Of a stretch of 64,000 nt of DNA, positions 10,371 to 20,294 are shown piece after piece. The stretch spans positions 992,001-1,056,000 of the forward strand of contig OZ252220.1 of assembly GCA_965249135.1 (NCBI GenBank), read 5' to 3'. How positions within the stretch are numbered: the first letter of the stretch is position 1; each line of letters starts with the position of its first letter. The position numbers and the translations under genes are program-made. The notes below the pieces were generated by a model. The model worked only from the letters and a program-made list of their open reading frames with translations, had not been told where the DNA came from and ran no database searches. This DNA comes from Alphaproteobacteria bacterium. GTDB lineage: Bacteria > Pseudomonadota > Alphaproteobacteria > GCA-2746255.

Positions 10371-11300
10371 TCACCCCTGGTTGCCCTTGTAGTGAGCCCA
10401 GTCATAGCCCTTGCCGTAGCGCTTCACGAGAAAATCCACAAACGCCTTCACCTTGGGCGGCACGAAGCGTTGGTAGGGATGCACGGCGTAAAGCGGCGTC
10501 CGGTCCGGAACCGGTGGATGCTTGGGCATGACCTCGACAAATTCTCCGATTGCTAACGAGGGCTCGACCAGCCATTCCGGTGCAAGGACTAGCCCCATGG
10601 CATCCCGAGCAGCATTTACCAAGGCATAGCCGTTGTCGGCGCTGAAGCTTCCGAATGCGCGTACGTCAACGGTGCGACCGCCGGCCTTGAACCGCCAGAC
10701 GTTGTAGCCCGGATGTGTCCGAAAGATTAGACAGTTGTGGCCGGCCAGGTCTTCGGGGCGTTCCGGCGCGCCGACGCGATCCAGGTAACGCGGGCTGGCG
10801 CATAAATAGCGCCGCGCCTCACCGATCTTACGTGCGCGAAGCGTCGAATCTTCGAGCCGGCCGATTCGGACGGCGAGGTCGTACCCCTCGCCCACCAGGT
10901 CCACCACCCGATCGGTGAAGGTGAGCGCGAAACGCACTCCGGGCCAACGGGTCTGAAACTCACCGATGGCGGCCGTCAGGTGGTGCTCCATGCTCGCCGG
11001 AATCGTCAGACGGATGAGGCCGGAGGGATGATCCTCCAACTGCGCCGCCATGACCTTGGCCTCCTCCAGATCGAGCGGGATGCCCCGCGTGCGCTCATAG
11101 AACGAACGACCGACTTCCGTCAGGTTCAACTTGCGCGTGGTCCGGTGGAACAGAGCGGCGCCGACCCAGCCCTCGAGTTCAACGATGCGCCGCGAGACCG
11201 AAGAGGGTGCCAGCCCCGACTGCCGGCCGGCCTCGGAGAACGACCCGGTTTCCACCGCTTTCGCGAACAACGTGAGCGCGCCCAACCTGTCCATCGGCAT
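10371..11300 (-). CDS. LysR-family regulator
   Basis: N-terminal HTH (GSFSEAG...LFHRTTRKL); divergent from the GST operon. Confidence 0.95.
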   Translation of the reverse strand: MPMDRLGALTLFAKAVETGSFSEAGRQSGLAPSSVSRRIVELEGWVGAALFHRTTRKLNLTEVGRSFYERTRGIPLDLEEAKVMAAQLEDHPSGLIRLTIPASMEHHLTAAIGEFQTRWPGVRFALTFTDRVVDLVGEGYDLAVRIGRLEDSTLRARKIGEARRYLCASPRYLDRVGAPERPEDLAGHNCLIFRTHPGYNVWRFKAGGRTVDVRAFGSFSADNGYALVNAARDAMGLVLAPEWLVEPSLAIGEFVEVMPKHPPVPDRTPLYAVHPYQRFVPPKVKAFVDFLVKRYGKGYDWAHYKGNQG

Positions 11301-11422
11301 CTTCCTTTCCGCCAGATTTGTGCAAAAATAGCAATAATAAATTGCATATTTTTAGTCTAATCGTAAAGATAAATTTTGCCTATGTTGACGTCCAAGCGCA
11401 TCGCCAGCCGCTGGAGGACACC

Positions 11423-12133
11423 ATGATCGAGCTTTACTTCTGGACCACGCCGAACGGCTACAAGCCGCTTCTCTTCCTCGAAGAAGCCGGGATCGACTAC
11501 GAAATCCGTCCCGTCAACATCTCCAGGGGCGAGCAGTTCGAGCCGGAGTTTCTGAAGATTTCCCCCAACAACCGCATCCCGGCTATCGTCGATCGCGACC
11601 CGGAAGACGGAGGTGCGCCGCTGGCACAGTTCGAATCCGGCGCCATCCTCCAGTACCTGGCTGAGAAGACCGGCAAGTTCATGCCTAAGGATGCACGGGG
11701 CCGGGCCGAAGTCCTGCAATGGCTGAATTGGCAAATGGGGGGCATCGGCCCGATGTTCGGCCAGTATCTTCACTTTGTCGATTATGCGCCCGAAGATCTC
11801 CCTTACGCCATCGAGCACTACACGCGGGAAGCCAAACGGCTTCTGGGTGTGCTCGACAAGAGGCTCGCGGGCCGCGCATACGTGGCCGGCGTGTATTCGA
11901 TCGCCGACATGGCGATCTATCCCTGGGTGCGCCAACGCATCGAGCGCTTCGAGGGCTTCGCCAACGTCGAGCGCTGGGTGCGGACGGTCGCCGGGCGACC
12001 GGCCACCATCCGCGCCTACGAAAAGAGCGCGGCGATCAATACCGTTCCCACCATCACCGAAGAATCGAAGGCGCTGCTGCTCGGTCTGACCGGCGGCAAT
12101 GCCGGCAATACCCGAGACCACAAGGCCGCCTGA
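11423..12133 (+). CDS. Glutathione S-transferase (YfcG-like)
   Basis: TTPNG, SPNNRIPAI, FESGAIL, SIADMAIYPW. Confidence 0.92.
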   Translation: MIELYFWTTPNGYKPLLFLEEAGIDYEIRPVNISRGEQFEPEFLKISPNNRIPAIVDRDPEDGGAPLAQFESGAILQYLAEKTGKFMPKDARGRAEVLQWLNWQMGGIGPMFGQYLHFVDYAPEDLPYAIEHYTREAKRLLGVLDKRLAGRAYVAGVYSIADMAIYPWVRQRIERFEGFANVERWVRTVAGRPATIRAYEKSAAINTVPTITEESKALLLGLTGGNAGNTRDHKAA

Positions 12134-12171
12134 TTTCCGGCGGCCCTTAACCCCCTTTTTGGAGCACGAAC

Positions 12172-12924
12172 GTGTCAAACCAGAATGAAACCGTACTCAT
12201 CACCGGCACTTCGACCGGCATCGGATTTGCCGTCGCCCGCGCCTTCCTGGACCGGGGCTCGAACCTGGTCCTCAACTCCAGGGACCCCGGGAGGCTTGAA
12301 GCCGCTTACGAGTCCCTGGGACGGCCGGACAACGCCGTGCTCGTCGCCGGCGACGTCAGCGACAAGGCGGTCGGACAACGGATGGTCGACGCCGCGCTCG
12401 AGAAATTCGGCCGCGTCGATGTGCTGGTCAACAACGCCGGCGTTTTCGCGACCATGCCTTTTCTGGAGGTTGAGGAATCCGATCTTGACCGCTTCCTCTC
12501 GATCAACTTCAAGGGCACCTACTTCACCAGCCAGGCGGCCATTGCCGCCATGCAGGCGCAAGGCGGCGGCGCCGTCATCAACGTCGGCTCGGTGTTGGTG
12601 AACCACGCCATCGGCGGCGTCCCCGCCACGGCGCCGATTTCCGTCAAGGGCGCCATCCACGCGCTCACGGTCCAATTGGCGGCCGAGTTCGCCAAGGACA
12701 ACATCCGCGTCAACACCGTGGCGCCGGGCATCGTCCGGACGCCGATGCACCAGAGAAACGGCGTTGAGAACGCCGATGTACTGGCCGGATTGCATCTTCT
12801 TGACCGGGTCGGCGAAGCCGGGGAAGTGGCTGACGTCATTCTCCATCTCGCCGCGGCCAAATTCACCACCGGCGCCATCTACCCGCTGGATGGCGGGCAC
12901 ACTGCCGGCCACCACTTCGGCTAA
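12172..12924 (+). CDS. SDR oxidoreductase
   Basis: TGTSTGIG, NNAG, IRVNTVAPG, DGG; catalytic Tyr apparently replaced (APISVKG). Confidence 0.9.
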   Translation: MSNQNETVLITGTSTGIGFAVARAFLDRGSNLVLNSRDPGRLEAAYESLGRPDNAVLVAGDVSDKAVGQRMVDAALEKFGRVDVLVNNAGVFATMPFLEVEESDLDRFLSINFKGTYFTSQAAIAAMQAQGGGAVINVGSVLVNHAIGGVPATAPISVKGAIHALTVQLAAEFAKDNIRVNTVAPGIVRTPMHQRNGVENADVLAGLHLLDRVGEAGEVADVILHLAAAKFTTGAIYPLDGGHTAGHHFG

Positions 12925-12953
12925 CCACAAACGCCAAATATAGGAGAACCACG

Positions 12954-13502
12954 ATGACCACATTCCCCGTACATTCGAGCGAAACCGCCCCCGAGGCCTC
13001 AAAGCCAATTCTGGCTGCGGCCCAGAAAAAATTCGGCTTCGTACCCAACCTCATCCGCGTCTTCGCCGAGGCTCCCGCCGCCGCCGAGGCCTACATGGCA
13101 ATCATGGATATTTTCGAAAGCTCTTCGCTTTCCGATGCCGAAAAACAGACGGTTTTGCTCTCTGTGAGCTTTGTCAACGCATGCGATTACTGCATGGCGG
13201 CTCACTCTACGGTCGCCAGCATGAAGAGCGTTCCGGCGGAAATCGTCGAAGCCTTACGCTCGGGCACGACGCTTCCCGATCCCAAGCTCGATGCCCTGGC
13301 GGTGTTGACACGGTCCGTCGTCGAGACCCGCGGCCGGCCCACCGAGGCGGCCAAAGAGGCCTTCTTCGCGGCCGGCTACGGCACGGCTGAGTATCTGGAG
13401 GTGATCGTCGGTGTCACCGTGAAGACCCTTTCGAACTACGTGAACCACGCGGCCGACACCCCCCTCGACACCGCGTTCGAAGCAGCCAAGTGGGCCGCGT
13501 AA
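12954..13502 (+). CDS. Carboxymuconolactone decarboxylase / AhpD-family protein
   Basis: GFVPNL, NACDYCMAAH, SNYVNH. Confidence 0.9.
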   Translation: MTTFPVHSSETAPEASKPILAAAQKKFGFVPNLIRVFAEAPAAAEAYMAIMDIFESSSLSDAEKQTVLLSVSFVNACDYCMAAHSTVASMKSVPAEIVEALRSGTTLPDPKLDALAVLTRSVVETRGRPTEAAKEAFFAAGYGTAEYLEVIVGVTVKTLSNYVNHAADTPLDTAFEAAKWAA

Positions 13503-13529
13503 CGCTCCCCCTGACCTCCCCGAACTTGG

Positions 13530-13554
13530 CCCCCGGCATCTCCGGGGGTTTTTT
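13530..13554 (+). terminator. Rho-independent terminator
   Basis: CCCCCGG-catct-CCGGGGG followed by a T run. Confidence 0.85.
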
Positions 13555-13720
13555 ATTTGTTTAAAACCGGCTGAACCTCTTAAGGACTTCCAGTTGGCCG
13601 GTTGGCGCATAGGCAAAATCGTCGTTCCGCCCGATTGGGAAGATTCCGCAACGAGTCCCCTTCGGGCCAGGAGCGGAAGTGCCTATGACCCGGGCCAAGT
13701 GCGTTTAAAAGCCCGTATTC

Positions 13721-15007
13721 CTAGTGTTTGAGCCGCTCGATCTCGGCGCCGCAGGCGGCGAGCTTCTCTTCCAAGCGCTCATAGCCCCGGTCCAGGTGGT
13801 AGACCCGGTGGACGACCGTCTCGCCCGCCGCCACGAGGCCGGCCAGCACCAGCGAGACCGAGGCCCGAAGATCCGTCGCCATCACCTCGGCACCGACCAG
13901 GCCGGGAACGCCGCGCACCACGGCCTGGGCCCCGTGGACCGTGATGTCGGCCCCCATCCGGCTCAGTTCCGGAACGTGCATGAAGCGATTCTCGAAGATC
14001 GTCTCGGTGATCGTCGAGGCGCGCTTTGCCGTCGCCATGAGGGCCATCAACTGAGCCTGCATGTCGGTCGGGAAACCCGGGAAGGGTTCCGTCGTCGCAT
14101 CGACCCCGGTCAAGGCCGCGTCCTTGCGATGGACGCGCAGGCCATCCGGCATTTCTTCCAGGGTGACGCCCGCCGCCGTCAGGATTTCGGCCAACGCGCC
14201 GACCAGATCGAGGCGGGCTGCTTCCAGGACAAGATCGCCGCCGGTGATCGCCGCCGCCATCGCGTAGGTGCCGGTCTCGATGCGGTCCGGGATCACCGTG
14301 TGGTGTGCGCCATGCAGGCGCGCAACACCTTGGATGCGGATGGTGTCCGTGCCCGCGCCTTCGATCTTCGCACCCATCGCAGTCAAGCAGACGGCGAGAT
14401 CGACGACCTCGGGCTCGCGCGCCGCATTGACAAGTTCCGTCTCGCCGCGGGCAAGGGCGGCCGCCATCAAAAGGCTCTCCGTGGCACCGACGGAGACGAA
14501 GGGAAAGACGACGCGGCCGCCGCGAAGCCGCGCCTTGGCGGTGGCGTGAATGTAGCCGTTGCTGAGCTCGATCTCGGCGCCCAGCTGTTGCAGCCCCTTT
14601 AAGTGCAAGTCGATCGGCCGCGTCCCGATGGCGCAACCGCCGGGCAGCGAGACTTCCGCCTTTCCCTCGCGGGCAAGGAGCGCGCCCAGCACCAGGACCG
14701 AGGCACGCATCCGGCGGACCAGCTCGTAAGGCGCCGTCGTGTTGGTCACCTCTTTCGCCTGCAGCGACAGCACGCGGCCGACATGGCCCTCGTTCGCCTC
14801 GTCGCCGACCATGTGGATGGCCACCCCGTGCCGGCCCAGCAAGTTGGCAAGCGTCGAGATGTCCGCCAGGTGCGGCAGATTCGATAGCGTCAATTCCTCG
14901 TCCGTGAGCAGCGAGGCGGCCATCAGCGGCAGTGCCGCATTCTTCGCGCCGCCGATGGGAATCCGGCCCATAAGCCGGTTGCCGCCCCGGATTCGAATGC
15001 GATCCAT
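13721..15007 (-). CDS. murA: UDP-N-acetylglucosamine enolpyruvyl transferase
   Basis: [40 protein letters not shown]. Confidence 0.98.
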   Translation of the reverse strand: MDRIRIRGGNRLMGRIPIGGAKNAALPLMAASLLTDEELTLSNLPHLADISTLANLLGRHGVAIHMVGDEANEGHVGRVLSLQAKEVTNTTAPYELVRRMRASVLVLGALLAREGKAEVSLPGGCAIGTRPIDLHLKGLQQLGAEIELSNGYIHATAKARLRGGRVVFPFVSVGATESLLMAAALARGETELVNAAREPEVVDLAVCLTAMGAKIEGAGTDTIRIQGVARLHGAHHTVIPDRIETGTYAMAAAITGGDLVLEAARLDLVGALAEILTAAGVTLEEMPDGLRVHRKDAALTGVDATTEPFPGFPTDMQAQLMALMATAKRASTITETIFENRFMHVPELSRMGADITVHGAQAVVRGVPGLVGAEVMATDLRASVSLVLAGLVAAGETVVHRVYHLDRGYERLEEKLAACGAEIERLKH

Positions 15008-15035
15008 GTCTTCCTTTGCGTCCGCAAGGACGCCT

Positions 15036-15083
15036 CTGATTGAAGCCGGGCCTGATTGAGGCCGGGCCTGATTGAAGCCGGGG
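15036..15083. repeat. 3 x 16-bp tandem repeat CTGATTGA(A/G)GCCGGG(C/G)
   Basis: Directly visible in the dcd-murA intergenic region. Confidence 0.85.
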
Positions 15084-15130
15084 AGGAGGAATAGGCCGAA
15101 CGCGGGCGTGAGGCAAGCGAGGCTCACGCC

Positions 15131-15685
15131 TTAGAGTTTCGGCAGCGTCACGCCCTTCTGGCCCATGTACTTGCCCGCCCGGTCCTTATAAGAGGTCTCG
15201 CACGGCCCCTCGCCCTTCAGGAACAGGAACTGGCAGGCCCCTTCATTCGCATAGACCTTGGCCGGAAGCGGCGTCGTGTTCGAGAATTCGAGCGTCACGT
15301 GGCCTTCCCATTCCGGCTCGAGCGGGGTCACGTTGACGATGATGCCGCACCGCGCATAGGTCGATTTGCCAAGGCAGATCACCAGCACGTCCCGCGGAAT
15401 ACGGAAATATTCGACCGTTCGCGCCAGCACGAAACTGTTCGGCGGAATGATGCAGACGGGGCCTTGGCGATCCACGAAGCTTTGGGGAGAAAAGGCTTTC
15501 GGGTCGACGACGGCCGAATCGACGTTCGTGAAGACCTTGAATTCGTCCGAGACGCGCGCGTCGTAGCCGTAAGAGGAAAGGCCGAAGGAGATGACGCCCT
15601 CGCGCTTCTGGGATTCGACGAAGGGCTCGATCATGGTTTGGGTCTGCGCCATCTCGCGGATCCAACTGTCCGGCATGATCCCCAT
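15131..15685 (-). CDS. dcd: dCTP deaminase
   Basis: [28 protein letters not shown]. Confidence 0.97.
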   Translation of the reverse strand: MGIMPDSWIREMAQTQTMIEPFVESQKREGVISFGLSSYGYDARVSDEFKVFTNVDSAVVDPKAFSPQSFVDRQGPVCIIPPNSFVLARTVEYFRIPRDVLVICLGKSTYARCGIIVNVTPLEPEWEGHVTLEFSNTTPLPAKVYANEGACQFLFLKGEGPCETSYKDRAGKYMGQKGVTLPKL

Positions 15686-15846
15686 CAACTGGGGCCCCGG
15701 CCACGGCGCACCTGGATCTGCGATTTGCGCTTGCCCAAATTCTCACGCAGCGCCGCGCCGCGCCGCGCGTCGCGGTCTTTTCCCTTGGGTCCCTTGGGCG
15801 AAAGGCGCTTTCCTTTTTTCCCTCTTTGGGCCGGCCCATCCGTCAT
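15685..15846 (-). CDS. Small basic hypothetical protein
   Basis: AALRENL.KRK.Q motif; GGAAGGA RBS; stop overlaps the dcd start. Confidence 0.6.
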   Translation of the reverse strand: MTDGPAQRGKKGKRLSPKGPKGKDRDARRGAALRENLGKRKSQIQVRRGRGPS

Positions 15847-16187
15847 GTTCGGTTTCCTTCCTTTAAAAGCGAAGTCGCAGAGGATGCGTCCACGCCTGCG
15901 ACCCGTCAAGGCGGCGGGTGCTTCGCCTTAACCTTATCCGCAGATTCCGTTGCCAGGGAGGCCGGTTCCTGTGTAGAGTCGCCGAAACAAGGATAAGCCA
16001 TTCTAAATAAGAATAATTTTCACTTTCAAAGGGGCAAAGGAAAGGGGCAAAGGGGAGGCGCCCGCATTGCATTTTTCCAAAAATTGCCCATCTCTTGGGA
16101 AGGGTTGGTATCCTCGCGGAGTTGAGGATTTCTTCGGGGGTTTTCGCCTGAAACGCCGCCCTCGATACGTCAAGGAGTAGAAGGAAG

Positions 16188-17693
16188 ATGGCCGAACTCG
16201 AACGGACGGATTGGTACGACATCGCGCGGACGACGACCTGGACGCCGAAATACGTCGAACAGGACGAGCTGTTCCCGCTGGAGATGAGCGATCCTTGCCA
16301 GATGCCCCAGGAGGTCTGGGACACCTATGACGAGCCCTACAAGACGACCTATCGGGACTACGTCCGGGTGCAGCGGGACAAGGACGTCGGCGTCTATTCC
16401 GTGCGCGCCGCCCTTGGCCGCTCCCACTTCATCGACAAGGCGCCGCGGGGCTGGCTTTCCATCCTCAAATCCCACTACGGCATCATCGGTTCCGTCGAGT
16501 TCACGGCGGCCATCTACAACTGCCGCGCCGCCCGTTTCGGCCGAGCCGGCGGCATGCGGAACACCGGCACCTTCGGCATCCTCGATGAGATCCGTCACGG
16601 CCAGCTCGAATTCATCTTCCCGCACGAATATTTGAAGAAGGACCGCCAGTGGGACTGGGCGGTGAAGACCTATCACACGAACAACTGGACGGCCATTGCC
16701 GGCCGTCACTTCGTCGAGGACGTGATGGTCACCCGCGACATCCTTTGCTCGACGCTCACCAACGGGTTCTGTCTGGAAACCGGTTACACGAACGTGCAGT
16801 TCATCAGCCTCGCCGCGGACGCTGCCAAGATGGGTGACTACACGTTCTCGAACGTCGTCACCAGCATCCAGACGGACGAGGCACGCCATGCACAGATCGG
16901 CGCGCCGAACCTCCGCTTCATGGTCGACAACGGCCACAAGGACACCGCCCAGCACGTGCTGGACCTTGCCTTCTGGCGCTCGTGGAAACTGTTTTTGACG
17001 CTGACCGGACCGGCGATCGACTACTACACGCCGATCGAGAAGCGCGAGAAGTCCTTCAAGGAGTTCATGGAGGAGTGGATCATCACCCAGTACGAGCGCC
17101 AGATCGCCGACATGGGAATCGATCAGCCCTGGTATTGGGACATCTTCCTGGACGAGCTGAACTATGCCCATCATGGGCTGCACATGGGTCTTTGGCGCTA
17201 TCGCCCGACGCTGTTCTGGGACCCGAAGGCGGGCGTGACGCCGCCGGAGCGCGAGTGGCTGGAGGGGAAATACCCGGGCTGGAACGACACCTTCGGCAAG
17301 TCGTGGGATGTCGTCATCGAAAATCTGCTGAACGGTCAGGTCGAAAAGACGCTGCCGGAAACGCTGCCAATGCTTTGCAACCTCTGCCAGTTGCCGCTCG
17401 TCGCGCCGCCGAACTTGAAAACCAAAACCTTCAAGCTGCACGATTATACCCATGAGCATAACGGCCGACTCTACCACTTCTGCTCGGAGCCCTGTAAGTG
17501 GATCTTCGAGACGGAGCCGGAGCGCTATCAAGACCACAAGTCGATCATCGACCGCTTCCTGGCCGGCGAGATCCAGCCGATGACGATACCGGGGGTGCTT
17601 GCCTATATGGGGGTTGCCCCGGGCGAGATGGGCGACGACGCGGACAAATACACCTGGGTTGACGCCTGCCGCGACGTGCAGGCGGCCCAATAA
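16188..17693 (+). CDS. tmoA: Aromatic/alkene di-iron monooxygenase hydroxylase alpha subunit
   Basis: DEIRH and DEARH iron ligands, ETGYTN.QF, C-terminal YHS-like FCSEPCKWIF..EPERY. Confidence 0.92.
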   Translation: MAELERTDWYDIARTTTWTPKYVEQDELFPLEMSDPCQMPQEVWDTYDEPYKTTYRDYVRVQRDKDVGVYSVRAALGRSHFIDKAPRGWLSILKSHYGIIGSVEFTAAIYNCRAARFGRAGGMRNTGTFGILDEIRHGQLEFIFPHEYLKKDRQWDWAVKTYHTNNWTAIAGRHFVEDVMVTRDILCSTLTNGFCLETGYTNVQFISLAADAAKMGDYTFSNVVTSIQTDEARHAQIGAPNLRFMVDNGHKDTAQHVLDLAFWRSWKLFLTLTGPAIDYYTPIEKREKSFKEFMEEWIITQYERQIADMGIDQPWYWDIFLDELNYAHHGLHMGLWRYRPTLFWDPKAGVTPPEREWLEGKYPGWNDTFGKSWDVVIENLLNGQVEKTLPETLPMLCNLCQLPLVAPPNLKTKTFKLHDYTHEHNGRLYHFCSEPCKWIFETEPERYQDHKSIIDRFLAGEIQPMTIPGVLAYMGVAPGEMGDDADKYTWVDACRDVQAAQ

Positions 17694-17774
17694 ACAAAGC
17701 GGCAAGGGCCGGACAGGCAACTGTCCGGTCCTTGGTCGTTAAGAAGAAGAAATATTGAGGGGGGAATTCCGATC

Positions 17775-18029
17775 ATGGCGCTGTTTCCACTTGTTTCGAG
17801 CTTCGAGGGCGAAGTGCTGATTTACCTGCTCGCCGTCGATACGGAGAACACGATGGACGAGGTGGCGGCCGCCGCCGCCGTTCATTCCGCCGGCAGGTGG
17901 GTTCCTGCTCGGGAGAAGCCGCTTCGCGTACGCGTTCAAGACGAGAAGGAGCCGCTGGCCCGCGATCTGAAGGTGAAGGATTCGGGCCTCGCGCCAATGA
18001 CCCCCGTCCAAATCTATTACGAAGACTAG
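17775..18029 (+). CDS. tmoB: Hydroxylase gamma subunit
   Basis: MALFPL.S.FEG...TMDEVA...HS.GR.V. Confidence 0.88.
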   Translation: MALFPLVSSFEGEVLIYLLAVDTENTMDEVAAAAAVHSAGRWVPAREKPLRVRVQDEKEPLARDLKVKDSGLAPMTPVQIYYED

Positions 18030-18051
18030 CCTTAAAGAGAAGAAGCAGCGC

Positions 18052-18429
18052 ATGGCGTTTACGAAAATCTGCTCGCTCGACGACCTCTGGGAAGGCGACA
18101 TGGAGATGCGGCCCCTGGGCAAGGTGCCGGTCCTGTTGCTCTATCCGGAAGGCGGCGAGATCCGGGCCTTTCAGGGCATCTGCCCCCATCAGCAGGTGCC
18201 GCTTTGGGAAGGGACCTTCGAAGGCGGCGTGCTCACCTGCAAGGCCCACGAATGGAGTTTCGATGGCAACACCGGCGTGGGGATCAACCCCGGCGGTTGC
18301 ACGCTTGCCCAATACAAGGTGAAGGTCGAAGGTGAGGACGTGTATGTGGACGTGGAGGGGGTCGAGCCCGTCTATGCCGCGGCGACCGGCGAAGCCGTTT
18401 CGACCGATAAAAAGGAGAACGCAGGATGA
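18052..18429 (+). CDS. tmoC: Rieske ferredoxin
   Basis: CPHQ...CKAH.W.F...TG.GINP. Confidence 0.92.
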   Translation: MAFTKICSLDDLWEGDMEMRPLGKVPVLLLYPEGGEIRAFQGICPHQQVPLWEGTFEGGVLTCKAHEWSFDGNTGVGINPGGCTLAQYKVKVEGEDVYVDVEGVEPVYAAATGEAVSTDKKENAG

Positions 18430-18719
18430 GTGCGATGAGTAACAAGGTCGGCCCGGTCCTGATGACGGGAGAGATTGCCGACGCCGCGATCGAGGCGCTC
18501 GACGAGGACAACCCCGGCAAGGAATTCAACATCCAGGACCACGAAGCCTATATCCGCGTCGAGACGGACGACGATTGCATCATCCGCCGCGAGACGATGG
18601 AGAATATCCTGGGCCGTCCCTTCATCATGCAGGAGCTCGAGATGGTCTTGAGCACCTTTGCCGGCCGCATCGATCTTTCGTCGGAGCACGCACGGTTCTA
18701 TTTCGAAAAGAAAATCTAA
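18426..18719 (+). CDS. tmoD: Monooxygenase effector (MmoB/DmpM family)
   Basis: VGPVL, DNPGKE, AYIRV, LGRPF...LE..LSTFAGRI. Confidence 0.9.
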   Translation: MSAMSNKVGPVLMTGEIADAAIEALDEDNPGKEFNIQDHEAYIRVETDDDCIIRRETMENILGRPFIMQELEMVLSTFAGRIDLSSEHARFYFEKKI

Positions 18720-18757
18720 GGCCACTTTTAAGGCCTTACGTCACGGAGGAAGCAGCG

Positions 18758-19792
18758 ATGAGCGAGGAAGCGCCGGAAGTCCTAAAGCCCTTGAAGACCT
18801 TCAGCCATCTGGCGAAGGCGCGGCGGCGGCCGAGCGAATACGAGATCACGACGACGAAGGCCTATTGGCTGATGGATTCCCTGTCGCCCGGCAACGACTT
18901 CGATGGCGAACGCCAGACCGACCAGCCCTTCGAGATCTCGTCCGAGATTCCGATGGCGAAGTGGTACCACAAGTACCGCGACGGCTCAGCCCTGCAATAC
19001 GAGAACTGGGAGGCCTTCCGCGACCCCGACGAGGTTATCTACCGCACCTATTGCCGGATGCAGGACGGCCAGGAGACCTATGTCGACGGCATCCTGGACG
19101 AGTTCAGCAAAACCGAGCACGACGCGGATCTGGACGCGAGTTGGGTGAAGGTGCTGGCGAGTTTGTACACGCCGGCCCGCTTCCCGCTGACCGCGCTGCA
19201 GATGGGGGCCGCCTACATCGCCCAGATCGCCGGTTCCAGTACCATTGCCAACTGCGCGATGTTCCAGACCGGCGATCAGTTCCGCTGGGTCTCGCGGGTT
19301 GCCTACCGGACGGCCGAGCTTGCCAAGACGCATGCAGACGCCGGCTTCAACCAGGACGAACGCAAGCACTGGGAAGAGGACGCCGCCTGGCAGGGCTTCC
19401 GCGAGCTTCTCGAGAAGGCGCTTATCGCCTACGACATGGGCGAGAGTTTCGTCGCCCTCAACCTGGTGGCGAAACCGGCCTTCGACGAGGCGTTCTTCCG
19501 CCAGTTCGGGGCCTCGGCCAGGCGCAACAACGACATGCTCGTCCACTTCCTGGCCGACGCGGCGTTACGGGATGCGGAGCGCAGCCGGCGGTGGTCGACT
19601 TCGTTTGTCGAGCTGGCGCTCAACAACAAGGCAAACCAGAAGGTGTTCGAGGATTGGATCGCGAAATGGGTGCCGCTGGCCGACCAGGCGATCGATGCCT
19701 TCTGTGCAGCACTGCCGGATCTGCCGGATGGCGCAAAAGAGGCGAAGAAGGCGACGAAGGCGTTCCGCGCCGGCCTCGGTTTCTCCGCCTGA
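18758..19792 (+). CDS. tmoE: Hydroxylase beta subunit
   Basis: LKPLKTFSHLA..RRRPSEYE, FRDPDE..YRTY..MQDGQE. Confidence 0.92.
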   Translation: MSEEAPEVLKPLKTFSHLAKARRRPSEYEITTTKAYWLMDSLSPGNDFDGERQTDQPFEISSEIPMAKWYHKYRDGSALQYENWEAFRDPDEVIYRTYCRMQDGQETYVDGILDEFSKTEHDADLDASWVKVLASLYTPARFPLTALQMGAAYIAQIAGSSTIANCAMFQTGDQFRWVSRVAYRTAELAKTHADAGFNQDERKHWEEDAAWQGFRELLEKALIAYDMGESFVALNLVAKPAFDEAFFRQFGASARRNNDMLVHFLADAALRDAERSRRWSTSFVELALNNKANQKVFEDWIAKWVPLADQAIDAFCAALPDLPDGAKEAKKATKAFRAGLGFSA

Positions 19793-19817
19793 CGGCGTTT
19801 CGATGTCCAAAAATCAG

Positions 19818-19848
19818 AAAGGCTCCCGCGACCCGGGAGCCTTTTTTT
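19818..19848 (+). terminator. Rho-independent terminator after tmoE
   Basis: AAAGGCTCCC...GGGAGCCTTTTTTT. Confidence 0.88.
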
Positions 19849-19883
19849 ATTAACGTCTCTGTGGCATCTTCGCACGCCTCAAG

Positions 19884-19958
19884 GCCGCCGTAGCTCAGTG
19901 GTAGAGCGCACCCTTGGTAAGGGTGAGGTCGAGTGTTCGATCCACTCCGGCGGCACCA
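19884..19958 (+). tRNA. tRNA-Thr (GGT); probable prophage attachment site
   Basis: GCCGCCGTAGCTCAGTGGTAGAGC...TTGGTAA...GTTCGATCC...CGGCGGCACCA. Confidence 0.97.
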
Positions 19959-20081
19959 CGAAACCCCTTGAAAATAAAGACTTGTAAAAATGTAGCGTCA
20001 AAACTAGTTACAGTTATTGACGGAACTTTACGAGAACTAACGTGCAATTACGATAAAATACGTGCAAAATCCGCGCACGCC

Positions 20082-20096
20082 GTTCTTGATGTGTTC
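20082..20096 (+). promoter_or_regulatory. Alphaproteobacterial LexA (SOS) box
   Basis: GTTC-ttgatgt-GTTC, just upstream of GGGAGG RBS and ATG 20113. Confidence 0.6.
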
Positions 20097-20294
20097 CCTA
20101 GGGAGGTTTCTTATGACAGCGAAAGACACATCATATCTGGAATTGCTGGAAGGGTTGGATCCACCGCACTAAGCGCGGCCTACTCAATGCCTGGTATCAT
20201 CATCAAGAACGGCAAGCCAATTCTGGCTTAAGGGAGTCAAGTATATAATTCCCCAAGCAAACACCAGTGGCCGTCATCGCCACATTTTATCCAT

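Noticed and set aside
16080-16130. Sigma-54 promoter for the monooxygenase operon
   Set aside because: No correctly spaced TGGC-N-TTGC (-24/-12) found by eye
16170-17720. 516-aa minus-strand ORF (and similar ones over murA, hisD and tmoE)
   Set aside because: Antisense or alternate-frame shadows of well-supported genes
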